A DNA stretch of 64,000 nt from a virus, in the IMG/VR virus record IMGVR_UViG_3300033153_010139, positions 55,267-119,266 of that record; one strand, given 5' to 3'. Below the pieces are notes generated by a model, which worked only from the letters and a program-made list of their open reading frames with translations, was not told the origin of the DNA and did no database searches. Position 1 is the stretch's first letter. Each line of letters starts with the position of its first letter. Both the position numbers and the translations under genes were made by a program. Positions 28,928 through 37,962 of the stretch are shown piece by piece.

Positions 28928-29550
28928 GCCTGCGCAAGCTCCTTGTCGTCTTCGCCGGTCCCACCCACGCCGAGAAGTCCACCGGCGCCATCCAGGCAGC
29001 TGGCAGACTCAAGCGGCTCGGCAAGCGCGTGGTCCTGATCCGGCCCACGCAATCGATCAGGCCGCTCGACCCGAAGGACCCGGACCCGACGGAAGGGGAT
29101 CGGCCGGGGGCGCTCGTCACCAAGCGCGACGAGGAATGGCCCAGCATCGATCTTGAGTCGGCCGCCGACATCGTCGCGGCGTTCGAGGCGAGTGGTGGTG
29201 ACGTGCTCTGGCTCGACGAGCCGGGACTTTGGCCGGACGACCACCTGGCCATCCCCGCTGTTCGGCAGATCCGGCAGCGCGCGGACGTCATCGTCTCGAC
29301 CATCGTGACCGACTCCGAGGGCGAGCCGTTCCGCACGGCCCCGCCGTGGCTCTGGGCCGCCGCGGACGTGCCCTCCTGGCGCAAGGCCGACTGTGACGCC
29401 TGCGCGTCGTTCGGCACCGCGACCCGCTCGGTCTACATCGGCGATGCGCCCAAGGTCGGCCAGGTGAAGGTCGGGGGCGTCTCGGACTACGCCGCCTTCT
29501 GCCCCAACTGCGACATTCGTCGCGCAAGGGCCTGCGCACAGGCCGTTTAG
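28924..29550 (+). CDS. tdk: Thymidine kinase-like protein (TK1 type, divergent P-loop)
   Basis: GPTHAEKST, WLDE, C..C, VGG..DY...C..C lasso/zinc motifs. Confidence 0.7.
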   Translation: MSLRKLLVVFAGPTHAEKSTGAIQAAGRLKRLGKRVVLIRPTQSIRPLDPKDPDPTEGDRPGALVTKRDEEWPSIDLESAADIVAAFEASGGDVLWLDEPGLWPDDHLAIPAVRQIRQRADVIVSTIVTDSEGEPFRTAPPWLWAAADVPSWRKADCDACASFGTATRSVYIGDAPKVGQVKVGGVSDYAAFCPNCDIRRARACAQAV

Positions 29551-29567
29551 GGCAATCTGATTTTGGG

Positions 29568-29606
29568 GTGTAGAACTTCCGGCCAGCGTTGTTGGCGGGG
29601 TTGGAG
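29568..29606 (+). promoter_or_regulatory. 39-bp conserved intergenic element
   Basis: GTGTAGAACTTCCGGCCAGCGTTGTTGGCGGGGTTGGAG; followed by CCGGGTAGAAC at 29644. Confidence 0.8.
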
Positions 29607-29678
29607 GGCTGAAATGGTCAGCTCGACAACCGACCCGGAGAAGCCGGGTAGAACAACAACCGGAAGGAGGCCCCACTC

Positions 29679-30809
29679 ATGAGCGGCTTCAACGATCTTG
29701 CCGAGCTGATTTGCGAGGACACCCCCGAGGAGGTGCCCGTATTCCTGAAGGGCCCGCCCGGGATCGGGAAGTCGGCGCTCTGTCAGGCCGTGTCGGCCGC
29801 CTTCGCCAAGAAGGCCGAGGCCGCGAACCGGACGTTCGCGTTCGATCGCTGGGAGCTGACGGTGCACCAGCCCGAGGATCTCTCGGGAATCCCGTTCGCC
29901 CACGACGGTTGGATGCGGTTCTGCCCGCCCGAGAGGCTGGCCCCGTTCTGCGCCGGCTCCGGCGTGAACGGCACCGACCCAATCGGTTGCCTGGTCTTCG
30001 AGGACGTCACTCACGCGAGCCAGGCCGTCAAGAACGGCATGCTGCAGCTCGTGCAAGAGCGCACGCTCGGTGCCCTGGTCCTGTCGCCAGACATCCGCAT
30101 TCTCATGACGGGCAACCGCACGAGCGACAAGGCCGGCGCTCGTGACCTGCTGTCGGCGTTGAAGAATCGCGTTCTCGTTCTCGACCTCCAGCCGAATCTC
30201 GAAGAGTGGATGCTCTGGGCCGGCTCGCGCGGGCTCCCCTCGGTGATCGGTGGGTTCCTGAGCTGGAAGCCAGGATCGTTCTCGACGCTGCCCAACAGCG
30301 AGTGCAAGGAGAACGGCCAGTTCGCCACGCCCCGGAGCTGGGCCAACGTCGGGGCCTGCTACAACAAGGTCTTCCGCAACGGCAGCACGGCCGCGGCTTA
30401 CAGCAAGCTGCTCCTGCAGACGTCGGGGCTGATCGGTCAGGGGCACGCGCACGAGTTCGTGGCCTTCGTCCGGCTCAAGGAGGAGTACCCCGACCCCAAG
30501 AAGATCCTGGACGACCCCGAGAACGCGCTGCCCAAGCCGCCGACCGAGGCCGACCGGGTGATCGCGCTCGTCACGGCGCTCGGCGACTACTCCGCGCACC
30601 ACCAGGAGAAGGACAAGGCGATCTACCTCAAGCTGCTGCTGGCGCTCTCGCACGTCTCCGGCAAGAACCGCGAAGGCTGCGCCGCAGGCGTCTCGGTCTT
30701 CCAGGCGTGCGGCGGCGATGTCGCCAAGCTCGTGGACGCTGCCGACAAGAACAAGAAGGATGGCCGGGTTCTGGCGGTGCTGAAGTTCTTCGCCGAGGCG
30801 ACCAAGTGA
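29679..30809 (+). CDS. MoxR-like AAA+ ATPase
   Basis: GPPGIGKS, FEDV (Walker B variant), TGNR, ALKNR, TPRSW. Confidence 0.85.
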   Translation: MSGFNDLAELICEDTPEEVPVFLKGPPGIGKSALCQAVSAAFAKKAEAANRTFAFDRWELTVHQPEDLSGIPFAHDGWMRFCPPERLAPFCAGSGVNGTDPIGCLVFEDVTHASQAVKNGMLQLVQERTLGALVLSPDIRILMTGNRTSDKAGARDLLSALKNRVLVLDLQPNLEEWMLWAGSRGLPSVIGGFLSWKPGSFSTLPNSECKENGQFATPRSWANVGACYNKVFRNGSTAAAYSKLLLQTSGLIGQGHAHEFVAFVRLKEEYPDPKKILDDPENALPKPPTEADRVIALVTALGDYSAHHQEKDKAIYLKLLLALSHVSGKNREGCAAGVSVFQACGGDVAKLVDAADKNKKDGRVLAVLKFFAEATK

Positions 30810-32095
30810 GCGCCAAGGCCAAGCCGGCGCTCGACGTTCGCTACGAGGTGGGTCTGGCGCGCACGCGGTGCGTCGCGCGCCTCCCCCTGATCGGGCGGAT
30901 CGTCATGCAGATGGCGCCTCGGGCCGCACGGCCCGAGGACGGGGTTTCGACGGCGGCGATCTCCCCCGACGGAACGGCGATCTTCAACCCCGACTACCTG
31001 GCGACGCTGAACAACAAGCAGCGGGCCGGCGTAGTTGCGCATGAGGCGTTCCACCCGGCGCTGCTGTTCTGGCAGCGCAAGGGTACGCGCAACATGCTGC
31101 TCGCGAACATCGCGCACGACCTGGTGATCAACCCCTACATCGAGGAGCTGTCCTGCGGCGAGATCGAGTTGCCGCCCGGCGCGTTGCTCGACCCCAAGTT
31201 CTACGGCATGGCGATGGAGGAGGTCTACACCTACCTCCAGAGGGGCGACCCGAACACGCCCGGAATGACCAACGTCAAGTGCAAGGGCGGCGGCGAGATC
31301 ACCGTGGACACCACGTCCGGCGGCGATCCCGGCGGCGACGGCAGCGGCATGGGCGGGAGCCTGTGGGGCGACTGCCGTCCCGACCTGTCCGACAGCAAGG
31401 ACGGCAAGAAGGCCGCGAAGGGCGACGCGTCAGCGCAGAAGAAGCTCGAAGGCCAGTGGAAGATGGCGCTCGCCGAAGCGGTGCAGCAGCACGAGGCTCG
31501 CAAGAGCCAAGGCAGGCTGCCGGCCGGACTCAAGCGCTACATCGACGAGCTGCTCCACCCCCAGCTCGACTGGACCGAGGAGCTGGCGCGCTGGTGCGGT
31601 GACAACGGGAAGCGCGAGAACTACTCGTTCCGGCGCCCGCACCGTTGGTCCTGCTCGCTCGGCACCGTGCTCCCCAGCCAGTGCCTCGGCGGATTCGCTG
31701 ACGTCGTGTTCCTGCTCGACACGTCCGGCTCCATGAGCAAGCACGAGATCAGCCGCGGCATGTCCGAGTGCGGTGGAATCCTCGAAGCCATGGGGTCCGA
31801 GATCCGCGTGTTGATCTGCGACGCTGACGTGCACGTGGACATGACCATCGAAGACGCGCTCGACGTCGAGATCAAGGGCGGCGGGGGGTCCAACTTCATC
31901 CCGGCCTTCGATCTGCTCGAAGAGAGCGGCTTCGACGGCGCGGTAATCGCCTTCACCGACGGAATGATCAGCGTGCCCCACGAGAAGCCGCCCTCCCTGA
32001 AGGGCTGCCTGTGGGTCACCACCGGCGACTACGATCCGCCGAGCGAAGGCGAATGGGGCGAGCACATCAAGATGCCGCCGGAGACCGACCAGTGA
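30806..32095 (+). CDS. DUF2201-type metallopeptidase + VWA protein
   Basis: HEAFH, NIAHDLVIN, DTSGSM, GGGGS.F, FTDG. Confidence 0.85.
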   Translation: MSAKAKPALDVRYEVGLARTRCVARLPLIGRIVMQMAPRAARPEDGVSTAAISPDGTAIFNPDYLATLNNKQRAGVVAHEAFHPALLFWQRKGTRNMLLANIAHDLVINPYIEELSCGEIELPPGALLDPKFYGMAMEEVYTYLQRGDPNTPGMTNVKCKGGGEITVDTTSGGDPGGDGSGMGGSLWGDCRPDLSDSKDGKKAAKGDASAQKKLEGQWKMALAEAVQQHEARKSQGRLPAGLKRYIDELLHPQLDWTEELARWCGDNGKRENYSFRRPHRWSCSLGTVLPSQCLGGFADVVFLLDTSGSMSKHEISRGMSECGGILEAMGSEIRVLICDADVHVDMTIEDALDVEIKGGGGSNFIPAFDLLEESGFDGAVIAFTDGMISVPHEKPPSLKGCLWVTTGDYDPPSEGEWGEHIKMPPETDQ

Positions 32096-32409
32096 GCGAG
32101 TGGGCGCCGGGCGACAGGGTAGCGGCCAAGCACGACTGCATCGGGCTCTACGCTCCCTACAGCGACGACCGGCGCTTCGAGATCGGCAACGTCAACACGT
32201 CCTACCCGGCGAGGCGCGGCGACACGGGCACAGTGGTCGAGTGGGCCCAGGGCTACTCCAAGGCCGGACCGACCGGGCACCCGAACGACATGTGGCGAGT
32301 CCGCTTCGAGATCCACGGGCTGTGGGCCGTCGGCCGGAACGGCATTAGGCCGGTGACCAAGCTCGAACGCCAGGGATACCGAACACCGCGGGGAGCGCGC
32401 GGTGCCTGA
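32092..32409 (+). CDS. Hypothetical protein
   Basis: GTGA overlap; 'GDTGTVV'. Confidence 0.55.
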   Translation: MSEWAPGDRVAAKHDCIGLYAPYSDDRRFEIGNVNTSYPARRGDTGTVVEWAQGYSKAGPTGHPNDMWRVRFEIHGLWAVGRNGIRPVTKLERQGYRTPRGARGA

Positions 32410-32653
32410 GCTGGAAGGAACCCACATCCGCTTTGTCTCGGCGCCGCCCAAGCCCAAGACGGCGGTCTGGTGGGTAGTGAACAAGCACGACGACGTTCAA
32501 CTCGGATGCGTGGGCTGGTTTGGCAGGTGGCGCAAGTACGCCTTCTACCCCAAGCCGGACACGGTCTACGAGCAGGTCTGTCTGCGGGAAATCGCGGACT
32601 TCTGCGAAACCGCTACCCGGGAGCACAGGAAGAGGTCCAGTGACGAAGCGTAA
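32402..32653 (+). CDS. Conserved-looking small phage protein
   Basis: 'LG.V.WFGRWRKYAFYP...CLREIADF'. Confidence 0.65.
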   Translation: MPELEGTHIRFVSAPPKPKTAVWWVVNKHDDVQLGCVGWFGRWRKYAFYPKPDTVYEQVCLREIADFCETATREHRKRSSDEA

Positions 32654-33413
32654 GACTGGCACGCGCGAATGGGCGGCCAGGAATTTGAACATCGCCACAG
32701 GGTGTTCGCACGACTGCAGATATTGCTACGCCCGCCACGACGCCGTCAAACGCTTCAAGCGGATTGAACCGGCCGACTGGACGACCATGGTCGTGGACCA
32801 GGCGCGCGTCGCCAAGGGCTACGGCAAGCGCAAGAACGAAGACGACTCCGTCTACGACATCATGTTTCCGACGGCTCATGATGTTACGCCCGAGATCGTG
32901 GGCGACTGCATCACCGTGCTCAAGAAGGTGCTGGACGCCGGCAACACCGTGCTGATCGTGACCAAGCCGCACCTGGCGTGCGTGGCCAAGATGATCAGCG
33001 CGCTCGGCCAGTGGAAGGCGCAGGTGGCCTTCCGCTTCACCATCGGCGCCGACACGGACGAGATCCTGTCGGTCTGGGAGCCGGGGGCGCCGCCGTTCGC
33101 GGAGCGCCTGGCCGCACTGAAGACCGCGTTCGATCACGGCTGGACTACGAGCGTCAGCGCCGAGCCCATGCTCGACCCGGCGAACGTCGATCGGCTCGTG
33201 AACCAGCTGCTCCCGTTCGTCAACGAGACCTTGTGGCTCGGCAAGATGAACAAGATCCGCTCACGCTGTACGGGCTTGCCCGAGTCAGCGCTGACCGCGC
33301 TGGAAGCCGAATACACCGACGACAAGATCCTGCAGATCGTCGATCGCTGGGACGGCACGCCGCAGATCGAGTGGAAGGATTCGATCAAGCAGGTGATCGA
33401 GGCGCGGGGGTGA
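32640..33413 (+). CDS. Radical SAM protein (Gp37/Gp68- or SPL-like)
   Basis: GCSHDCRYCYA (CxxxCxxC), TK, S.EP. Confidence 0.85.
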   Translation: MTKRKTGTREWAARNLNIATGCSHDCRYCYARHDAVKRFKRIEPADWTTMVVDQARVAKGYGKRKNEDDSVYDIMFPTAHDVTPEIVGDCITVLKKVLDAGNTVLIVTKPHLACVAKMISALGQWKAQVAFRFTIGADTDEILSVWEPGAPPFAERLAALKTAFDHGWTTSVSAEPMLDPANVDRLVNQLLPFVNETLWLGKMNKIRSRCTGLPESALTALEAEYTDDKILQIVDRWDGTPQIEWKDSIKQVIEARG

Positions 33414-33658
33414 CCCGCGAGGAGTGCGAAGAAGGCGTCGCTGTCATCGTCTCGCGCGGGTGGCTCCGAGGGCGCGTCGGGAGGATCCGCCAGGAGGGGC
33501 TTTGGGACATGGAGACCACCGTGTGGGTCTACTTCTCCGACTGCGCGGTGAACATCCAGCCCAAGCGGTTGGCCTTCGCGTCTGCGGTAGACCTGTTAGC
33601 GGACGTGGCCCGACGGTGGCCGCACGTGCGGGGCACCATACGGTTGGCGGTGTCGTGA
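33410..33658 (+). CDS. Small KOW/SH3-like protein with tag (SAVDLLADVA)
   Basis: GTGA overlap; 'GWLRGRVGRI'. Confidence 0.6.
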   Translation: MTREECEEGVAVIVSRGWLRGRVGRIRQEGLWDMETTVWVYFSDCAVNIQPKRLAFASAVDLLADVARRWPHVRGTIRLAVS

Positions 33659-33903
33659 GCGACAACATCAACGAGCCGACCTACCCGATCGGTGCCCGAG
33701 TGCGCGTGTTCTGGACGTTCGGTGGCGACCCTCTGCCAGGCGGCTACACAGGCGTAATCGTTCAAGCGCCACGGTGGACGGCGATCGGCTGGGAAGCCTG
33801 CGTCCGCCGCGATGATCTGCCGGGGCAGTTCGACAAGTGGATCCAGGCGGATCACGTCTCTGCTCTCAGCGCCGTGGAATTGCTCGCGGAGCTGTCGCCA
33901 TGA
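33655..33903 (+). CDS. Small SH3-like protein with C-terminal tag (SAVELLAELS)
   Basis: GTGA overlap; 'YPIGARV...TGVIV'. Confidence 0.65.
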   Translation: MSDNINEPTYPIGARVRVFWTFGGDPLPGGYTGVIVQAPRWTAIGWEACVRRDDLPGQFDKWIQADHVSALSAVELLAELSP

Positions 33904-34091
33904 GCTTCAAGCTGGGCGACCCTGTCGAATTCGAGGACGATCACGGCAACAAGCGCAAAGGCAAGGTCGTGAATCCAGGTCACGGAGAGCCGGAAGGCAT
34001 CGGCGTCGAGTGGACGGAGATGGCCTACTTCTCATCGCACGAGCTGCGGCACGTTTCTGCCGTAGACCGACTCGCGGAGCTGGCGTCGTGA
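33900..34091 (+). CDS. Small SH3-like protein with C-terminal tag (SAVDRLAELA)
   Basis: ATGA overlap; 'FKLGDPV...KGKVV'. Confidence 0.65.
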   Translation: MSFKLGDPVEFEDDHGNKRKGKVVNPGHGEPEGIGVEWTEMAYFSSHELRHVSAVDRLAELAS

Positions 34092-34492
34092 TCGTCAACG
34101 TCGAGACGGCCGAGGGCAACCGCGAGTTCATCGTACCGTCGCAGTGGCACGGTGCGGTGCTCTCACTGCTGGAGACCATCGACAGGTGGGTCATGTCCGG
34201 GGTCGGCGAGATGGTCCAACCGCGGCTGATCGACAGGGGTGTCAGGTCAATCGCGGTGATCAAGGTACTGCGGACCTACTACGAGATTACGCTCATGGAG
34301 GGGAAGCGCTACGTGGACCGCGCGCCGATTACGCTCCCCCCGCTCCCGCACATCAAGGCGCAGAAGATGCTCATCGAGCTGGAGAGCGTAGGCGCAAAGG
34401 CCGAGCTGCCCAGCGCCGTGGATCGCCTGGGAGCACTCGCAAAACACGACGCTGACGCGGCACGGGCCATGTCGGCACTGAACGGAGAATGA
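34088..34492 (+). CDS. Ribosomal protein L7/L12 C-terminal-domain protein with tag (SAVDRLGALA)
   Basis: 'L.DRG...IAVIKVLR....TLMEGKRYVDRAP......AQKMLIELESVGAKAEL' resembles the bL12 CTD. Confidence 0.75.
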   Translation: MIVNVETAEGNREFIVPSQWHGAVLSLLETIDRWVMSGVGEMVQPRLIDRGVRSIAVIKVLRTYYEITLMEGKRYVDRAPITLPPLPHIKAQKMLIELESVGAKAELPSAVDRLGALAKHDADAARAMSALNGE

Positions 34493-34493
34493 G

Positions 34494-34910
34494 ATGACGA
34501 CGCCAGCGAAGTTCTTGAAGAAACCCGACACCGATCTAAGCGAGCTGAACGAGGCCGAGCTGCAGAAGCTCGGGAGCGGCCTGGTCAAGCGCACGATCAA
34601 GCTCATGTTGGCCGCTTCCGAGGAGCCAGCTGAGGCATGGGAGGAGCCGGTACTGGAGTTCCTCCGGGCGTGCTCGCACATCGGGCTGAAGCACCCGCAC
34701 CTGGCCGGCGCCATGTGCGGCATCTTCCAGAAGGATGGGCCGCCGCAGGCGCTCGACGCGCTGCTGGGGCTCGCCGAGAAGCACAGGAACGACGACAAGG
34801 AGATCGGCGAGTACCTCACGCTGATCCGCAGCGCGATGAACGAGGGCGGCGAAAAGGCGCTCGCGTTCAAGGCCAAGTGCGACCAGCTGGAGAGTGTTCT
34901 ACAGGCGTGA
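34494..34910 (+). CDS. Hypothetical protein
   Basis: GGAG RBS; helical 138 aa. Confidence 0.6.
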   Translation: MTTPAKFLKKPDTDLSELNEAELQKLGSGLVKRTIKLMLAASEEPAEAWEEPVLEFLRACSHIGLKHPHLAGAMCGIFQKDGPPQALDALLGLAEKHRNDDKEIGEYLTLIRSAMNEGGEKALAFKAKCDQLESVLQA

Positions 34911-34943
34911 TGTGATCGCGGGCCCGGCCCGCGGGAGGACGTC

Positions 34944-35246
34944 ATGCCTGAACAGCACGACCCGATGTACGCGGCCACGATGGTGGCCAAGTCGCAGCTC
35001 CGGCTGGGGCGACTGATGGAAGGCAACGCACCGCCGGTCCTGATCGAGCGCGAGGAGAAGCTGCTCGCCGATTGGCGGGAGCACCTCAAGCACGCCGTTG
35101 CGGTCGCGGCAGACCTGCCGCCGCGCGACAGCCTGCTCGGGGCACTGGCAGCGGTCGGTGGTGTCGAGACGACGGAAGACGCGCAGCGCATAATGGCCGC
35201 CGTCGCGTTTCTGGATGCAGCCTACCCAGACGGAGCAGCGACATGA
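34944..35246 (+). CDS. Hypothetical protein
   Basis: GGAGG RBS. Confidence 0.6.
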   Translation: MPEQHDPMYAATMVAKSQLRLGRLMEGNAPPVLIEREEKLLADWREHLKHAVAVAADLPPRDSLLGALAAVGGVETTEDAQRIMAAVAFLDAAYPDGAAT

Positions 35247-35458
35247 AGATCAAGAAGATCCTGAGCCAGGCTCGTCGAGACTTCAAGGCCGTCTACGAGT
35301 GCGAGCACTGCGGCGCAACGCACGAGGATGTTGGCTACGACGATCGCCACTTCCACGCGTCCGTCGTGCCCGACATGGCGTGCAAGAAGTGCGGCAAGAA
35401 AGCGTCGGGGGACTACGTTGCCAGGGCCACCAAGTACCCGGATGCGGAGGTCGTGTGA
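35243..35458 (+). CDS. Small Zn-ribbon phage protein
   Basis: 'RRDFKAVYECEHCG...GYDD..FH..V.P...CKKCG'. Confidence 0.7.
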   Translation: MKIKKILSQARRDFKAVYECEHCGATHEDVGYDDRHFHASVVPDMACKKCGKKASGDYVARATKYPDAEVV

Positions 35459-35919
35459 GCAAGCTCACGCCGCAGCAGATTGTGGAGACCCTGAGCACAC
35501 CGCTCGGACGGAACTACTTCATCCAAGACGAGACGGTGCTCGCCGAGCGCAAGAGGATCCGCGCCAAGTACGAGGAGCTGCAGTCCATACCGATCTGGTG
35601 CCCCGGCCGCGGCCCCAAGGGCGAGCACGATGGCCCGGGAGCGATGCTGACCCCGGGATTCGAGTACGCCTCGATCGAGGCTCGCGCCTGGTGGCTCCAA
35701 GAGAACGTGCTGGGGAAGGTGGACGAGGTGGAGGCCGAGCTTCTGCGCTTCCGCGCGGACGTGACGGGAGAGATGGACGAGATGAAGGCCGAGCTTCTGC
35801 ACTTTCGCGCAGTCGTCTACCCGTCCACGCGCGAGCTGTTGAACAAGGCGCGCAGGGAGCGGGACGAGCTGGCCGCCAAGGTCGAGGAGCTGGAGGCAGA
35901 GCTGCGGGAGGCGCAGTGA
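35455..35919 (+). CDS. Hypothetical coiled-coil protein with PolA motif-A-like peptide
   Basis: GTGA overlap; FEYASIEAR; internal repeat DEVEAELLRFRA/DEMKAELLHFRA. Confidence 0.55.
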   Translation: MSKLTPQQIVETLSTPLGRNYFIQDETVLAERKRIRAKYEELQSIPIWCPGRGPKGEHDGPGAMLTPGFEYASIEARAWWLQENVLGKVDEVEAELLRFRADVTGEMDEMKAELLHFRAVVYPSTRELLNKARRERDELAAKVEELEAELREAQ

Positions 35920-36134
35920 CCGACGTCTGGTGCGTGCGGCACCGCAACGGCTGGTGCGCGACCTACGCCGGCCGTCGGCCGAGCGCCGAAGCCTGGAGCG
36001 ACCGCACGCGCTGCGGCCACTACGTGCTCCTGCGTTGGGGTTCTGCGCGCCGGATGCCAGACTGCCAGGACTGCCTGAAGAGGATTCGTGGACGATCGAA
36101 TGCGGCGCCTGGAGCGCCAAGCCGCGCAAGGTGA
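35916..36134 (+). CDS. Small Cys/His hypothetical protein
   Basis: GTGA overlap. Confidence 0.45.
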   Translation: MTDVWCVRHRNGWCATYAGRRPSAEAWSDRTRCGHYVLLRWGSARRMPDCQDCLKRIRGRSNAAPGAPSRAR

Positions 36135-36747
36135 CGCTCGGGCGCGTGACCAGCTGGTCGCCGCGCGCCTGCGCACAGGTGATCTGGATCGAGAGCGCGT
36201 GAAGCTCGCGGCGCACTTGAGCGATCCGCTCGCGGAGCAGCTCACCTCGGAGGCGCCGCCGTCGCTCAAGTGCTCGTGCGGTGGCTCTCGCGCGTGCATG
36301 AGGTGCGGCGGTACCGGGCGCAGGCCGCTGCCGACAGATCTGGTGCCGTTCGCGCGTTCAGCGGAAGTCCCGGGCGACGTCCTGCGCGAGTGGGCGTGCG
36401 ACTGCGCCGCGCACGTGCTTCCGCTCGTTACCGAAGATGAGCGCGAGCCGCTGCGCAACCTGATCGCCTCGGCCCGTGCCCTCGACGGCGCTCTGGCGTC
36501 CGGCGGGAGGAGCACCCAGCTGCGGGGGAACGTGCTGAGGCGCGAACCGGCGCCGGCGGACCAGCGCGTCAGCGAGGCTGTGCAGCTCCTGGTCAACGCG
36601 GCGGTGTTCCAGCGCAACCTGCAGCCGCCGCATCGCTGGCGTACGGCCTACGCCGGCGTGGTGACCTGCGCCTACCGGGCGGCGGGGAACGGTCGGGACG
36701 AGCGAGACTGGCAGCGCCGAGCACTCTCCGGTCGGCTGCTGGCATAG
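36088..36747 (+). CDS. Hypothetical protein with Imm5-like helical segment
   Basis: 'WACDCAAHVLP...ERDWQR'. Confidence 0.55.
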   Translation: MDDRMRRLERQAAQGDARARDQLVAARLRTGDLDRERVKLAAHLSDPLAEQLTSEAPPSLKCSCGGSRACMRCGGTGRRPLPTDLVPFARSAEVPGDVLREWACDCAAHVLPLVTEDEREPLRNLIASARALDGALASGGRSTQLRGNVLRREPAPADQRVSEAVQLLVNAAVFQRNLQPPHRWRTAYAGVVTCAYRAAGNGRDERDWQRRALSGRLLA

Positions 36748-36858
36748 CCCCTCGGGCTCCAGGGAGCCCCGTGGCGCGATGATCTGGGGAAACGTGGAGC
36801 AGGACGCGCCCCGCCCCGGCCTGGCCGGGCGTCTCGGTCATCGGACTGCCGCGTCCGC

Positions 36859-37083
36859 TTAGGCGGCGCCTGTCTGCTGGCAGACACCGTCCTGGCAGCA
36901 CGGGCACAATCCGCGGGCGGTGCACGATCCGCAGACGAACACCCACTCGACCTCGGGGTCGATGGCCAGTTCGGGCGAGCTGGCGAGGATCTCCCGCACC
37001 CGCTCCTCGAACTCCTCGGGCTGGTATTCTCCACAGACTGTGCAAACAGCCGGAACGTACGTGATCTGATCGCTACTACTCAT
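36859..37083 (-). CDS. Cys-rich Zn-finger protein, paralog of the 37451..37933 C-terminus
   Basis: C.VCGE...VCG.C...GLCPCC. Confidence 0.6.
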   Translation of the reverse strand: MSSSDQITYVPAVCTVCGEYQPEEFEERVREILASSPELAIDPEVEWVFVCGSCTARGLCPCCQDGVCQQTGAA

Positions 37084-37275
37084 TGGTCCATGTCCTACTC
37101 CCAATAGTGCCCCCGGCTGTCGGTAAAAGCAAGGGTTACGCGTGGTCGGCGGGTCTGGGGAGCCAAACCGCACCCGTGATAGGGGCACCAGGAGTCCCCC
37201 AGCGTTCCAGCACAACAGCCGCTAACGCAATGGCTTACGCCAACCGGCCGTGCGATGTCACGACCTGCGCCAGTG

Positions 37276-37470
37276 TCAGGAATTTCTTGGTAACTCGGCG
37301 GCGCGCGCGAGGTTGCCGAGGAGGTCCACGGCGCTCGGGTCCAGCGCGCGGTGAAGCTCGGAGCCCTCCTCGACGCGGACCCAGTTCGATCGGGACTTGA
37401 TGGTGCGCTCGTAGATCTCGTTGGAGGCGCGAGTGATGCGCTCGATCAGGTCAGGATCGGGCGACGTCAT
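37276..37470 (-). CDS. Small protein with tag (SAVDLLGNLA)
   Basis: 64 aa; overlaps upstream stop. Confidence 0.6.
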   Translation of the reverse strand: MTSPDPDLIERITRASNEIYERTIKSRSNWVRVEEGSELHRALDPSAVDLLGNLARAAELPRNS

Positions 37471-37933
37471 CGCGGTCGTGCCCGCAGTCTTTCGCTCCGC
37501 AGCACGGGCAGAGCCCGAGATCGCCGCACCGACCGCAGACGGGCTTGAGGAACTTGTCGGGGTCCTCGGCGATGTGCGGCCACATGCGAAGGAACTTGGT
37601 CACAGCCGCTTCGGAGCAGGCCGCCGGCTCGCCGCATACCGAGCACACGAGTTGCGCGCCCAGCTGCCTAGCTTGATCGGCGACGGCCGCGTAATCGGGG
37701 TGCTCGTACTGGAAGACGGCCGACACGACTCCTCCGTCGTTCGTTTTCGTTGCTGCCGTAGCGCCGGTGTGCCGAACACCGCAGCGTTCGCACGTCGGCA
37801 TTGGCGTCGGGTCCTTACGCAACGGCACGAGGTTCTGGGTGCTCTCGTACACCAGAATCATCCTGCCGTTGGCAGGCTGGTCCTCACAGAATAGGCACCA
37901 GGTCGGCTCGACCACGCTTTGATTGTAGGGCAT
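37451..37933 (-). CDS. Cys-rich Zn-finger protein
   Basis: Multiple CxxC; start uncertain. Confidence 0.55.
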   Translation of the reverse strand: MPYNQSVVEPTWCLFCEDQPANGRMILVYESTQNLVPLRKDPTPMPTCERCGVRHTGATAATKTNDGGVVSAVFQYEHPDYAAVADQARQLGAQLVCSVCGEPAACSEAAVTKFLRMWPHIAEDPDKFLKPVCGRCGDLGLCPCCGAKDCGHDRDDVARS

Positions 37934-37962
37934 GCGGCTGCACCAGGAACACGGACTACGCG

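Noticed and set aside
36754-36770. GGGCTCC-AG-GGAGCCC hairpin at a convergent junction
   Set aside because: Plausible terminator, but very short loop and no U-tract; not enough support to call.
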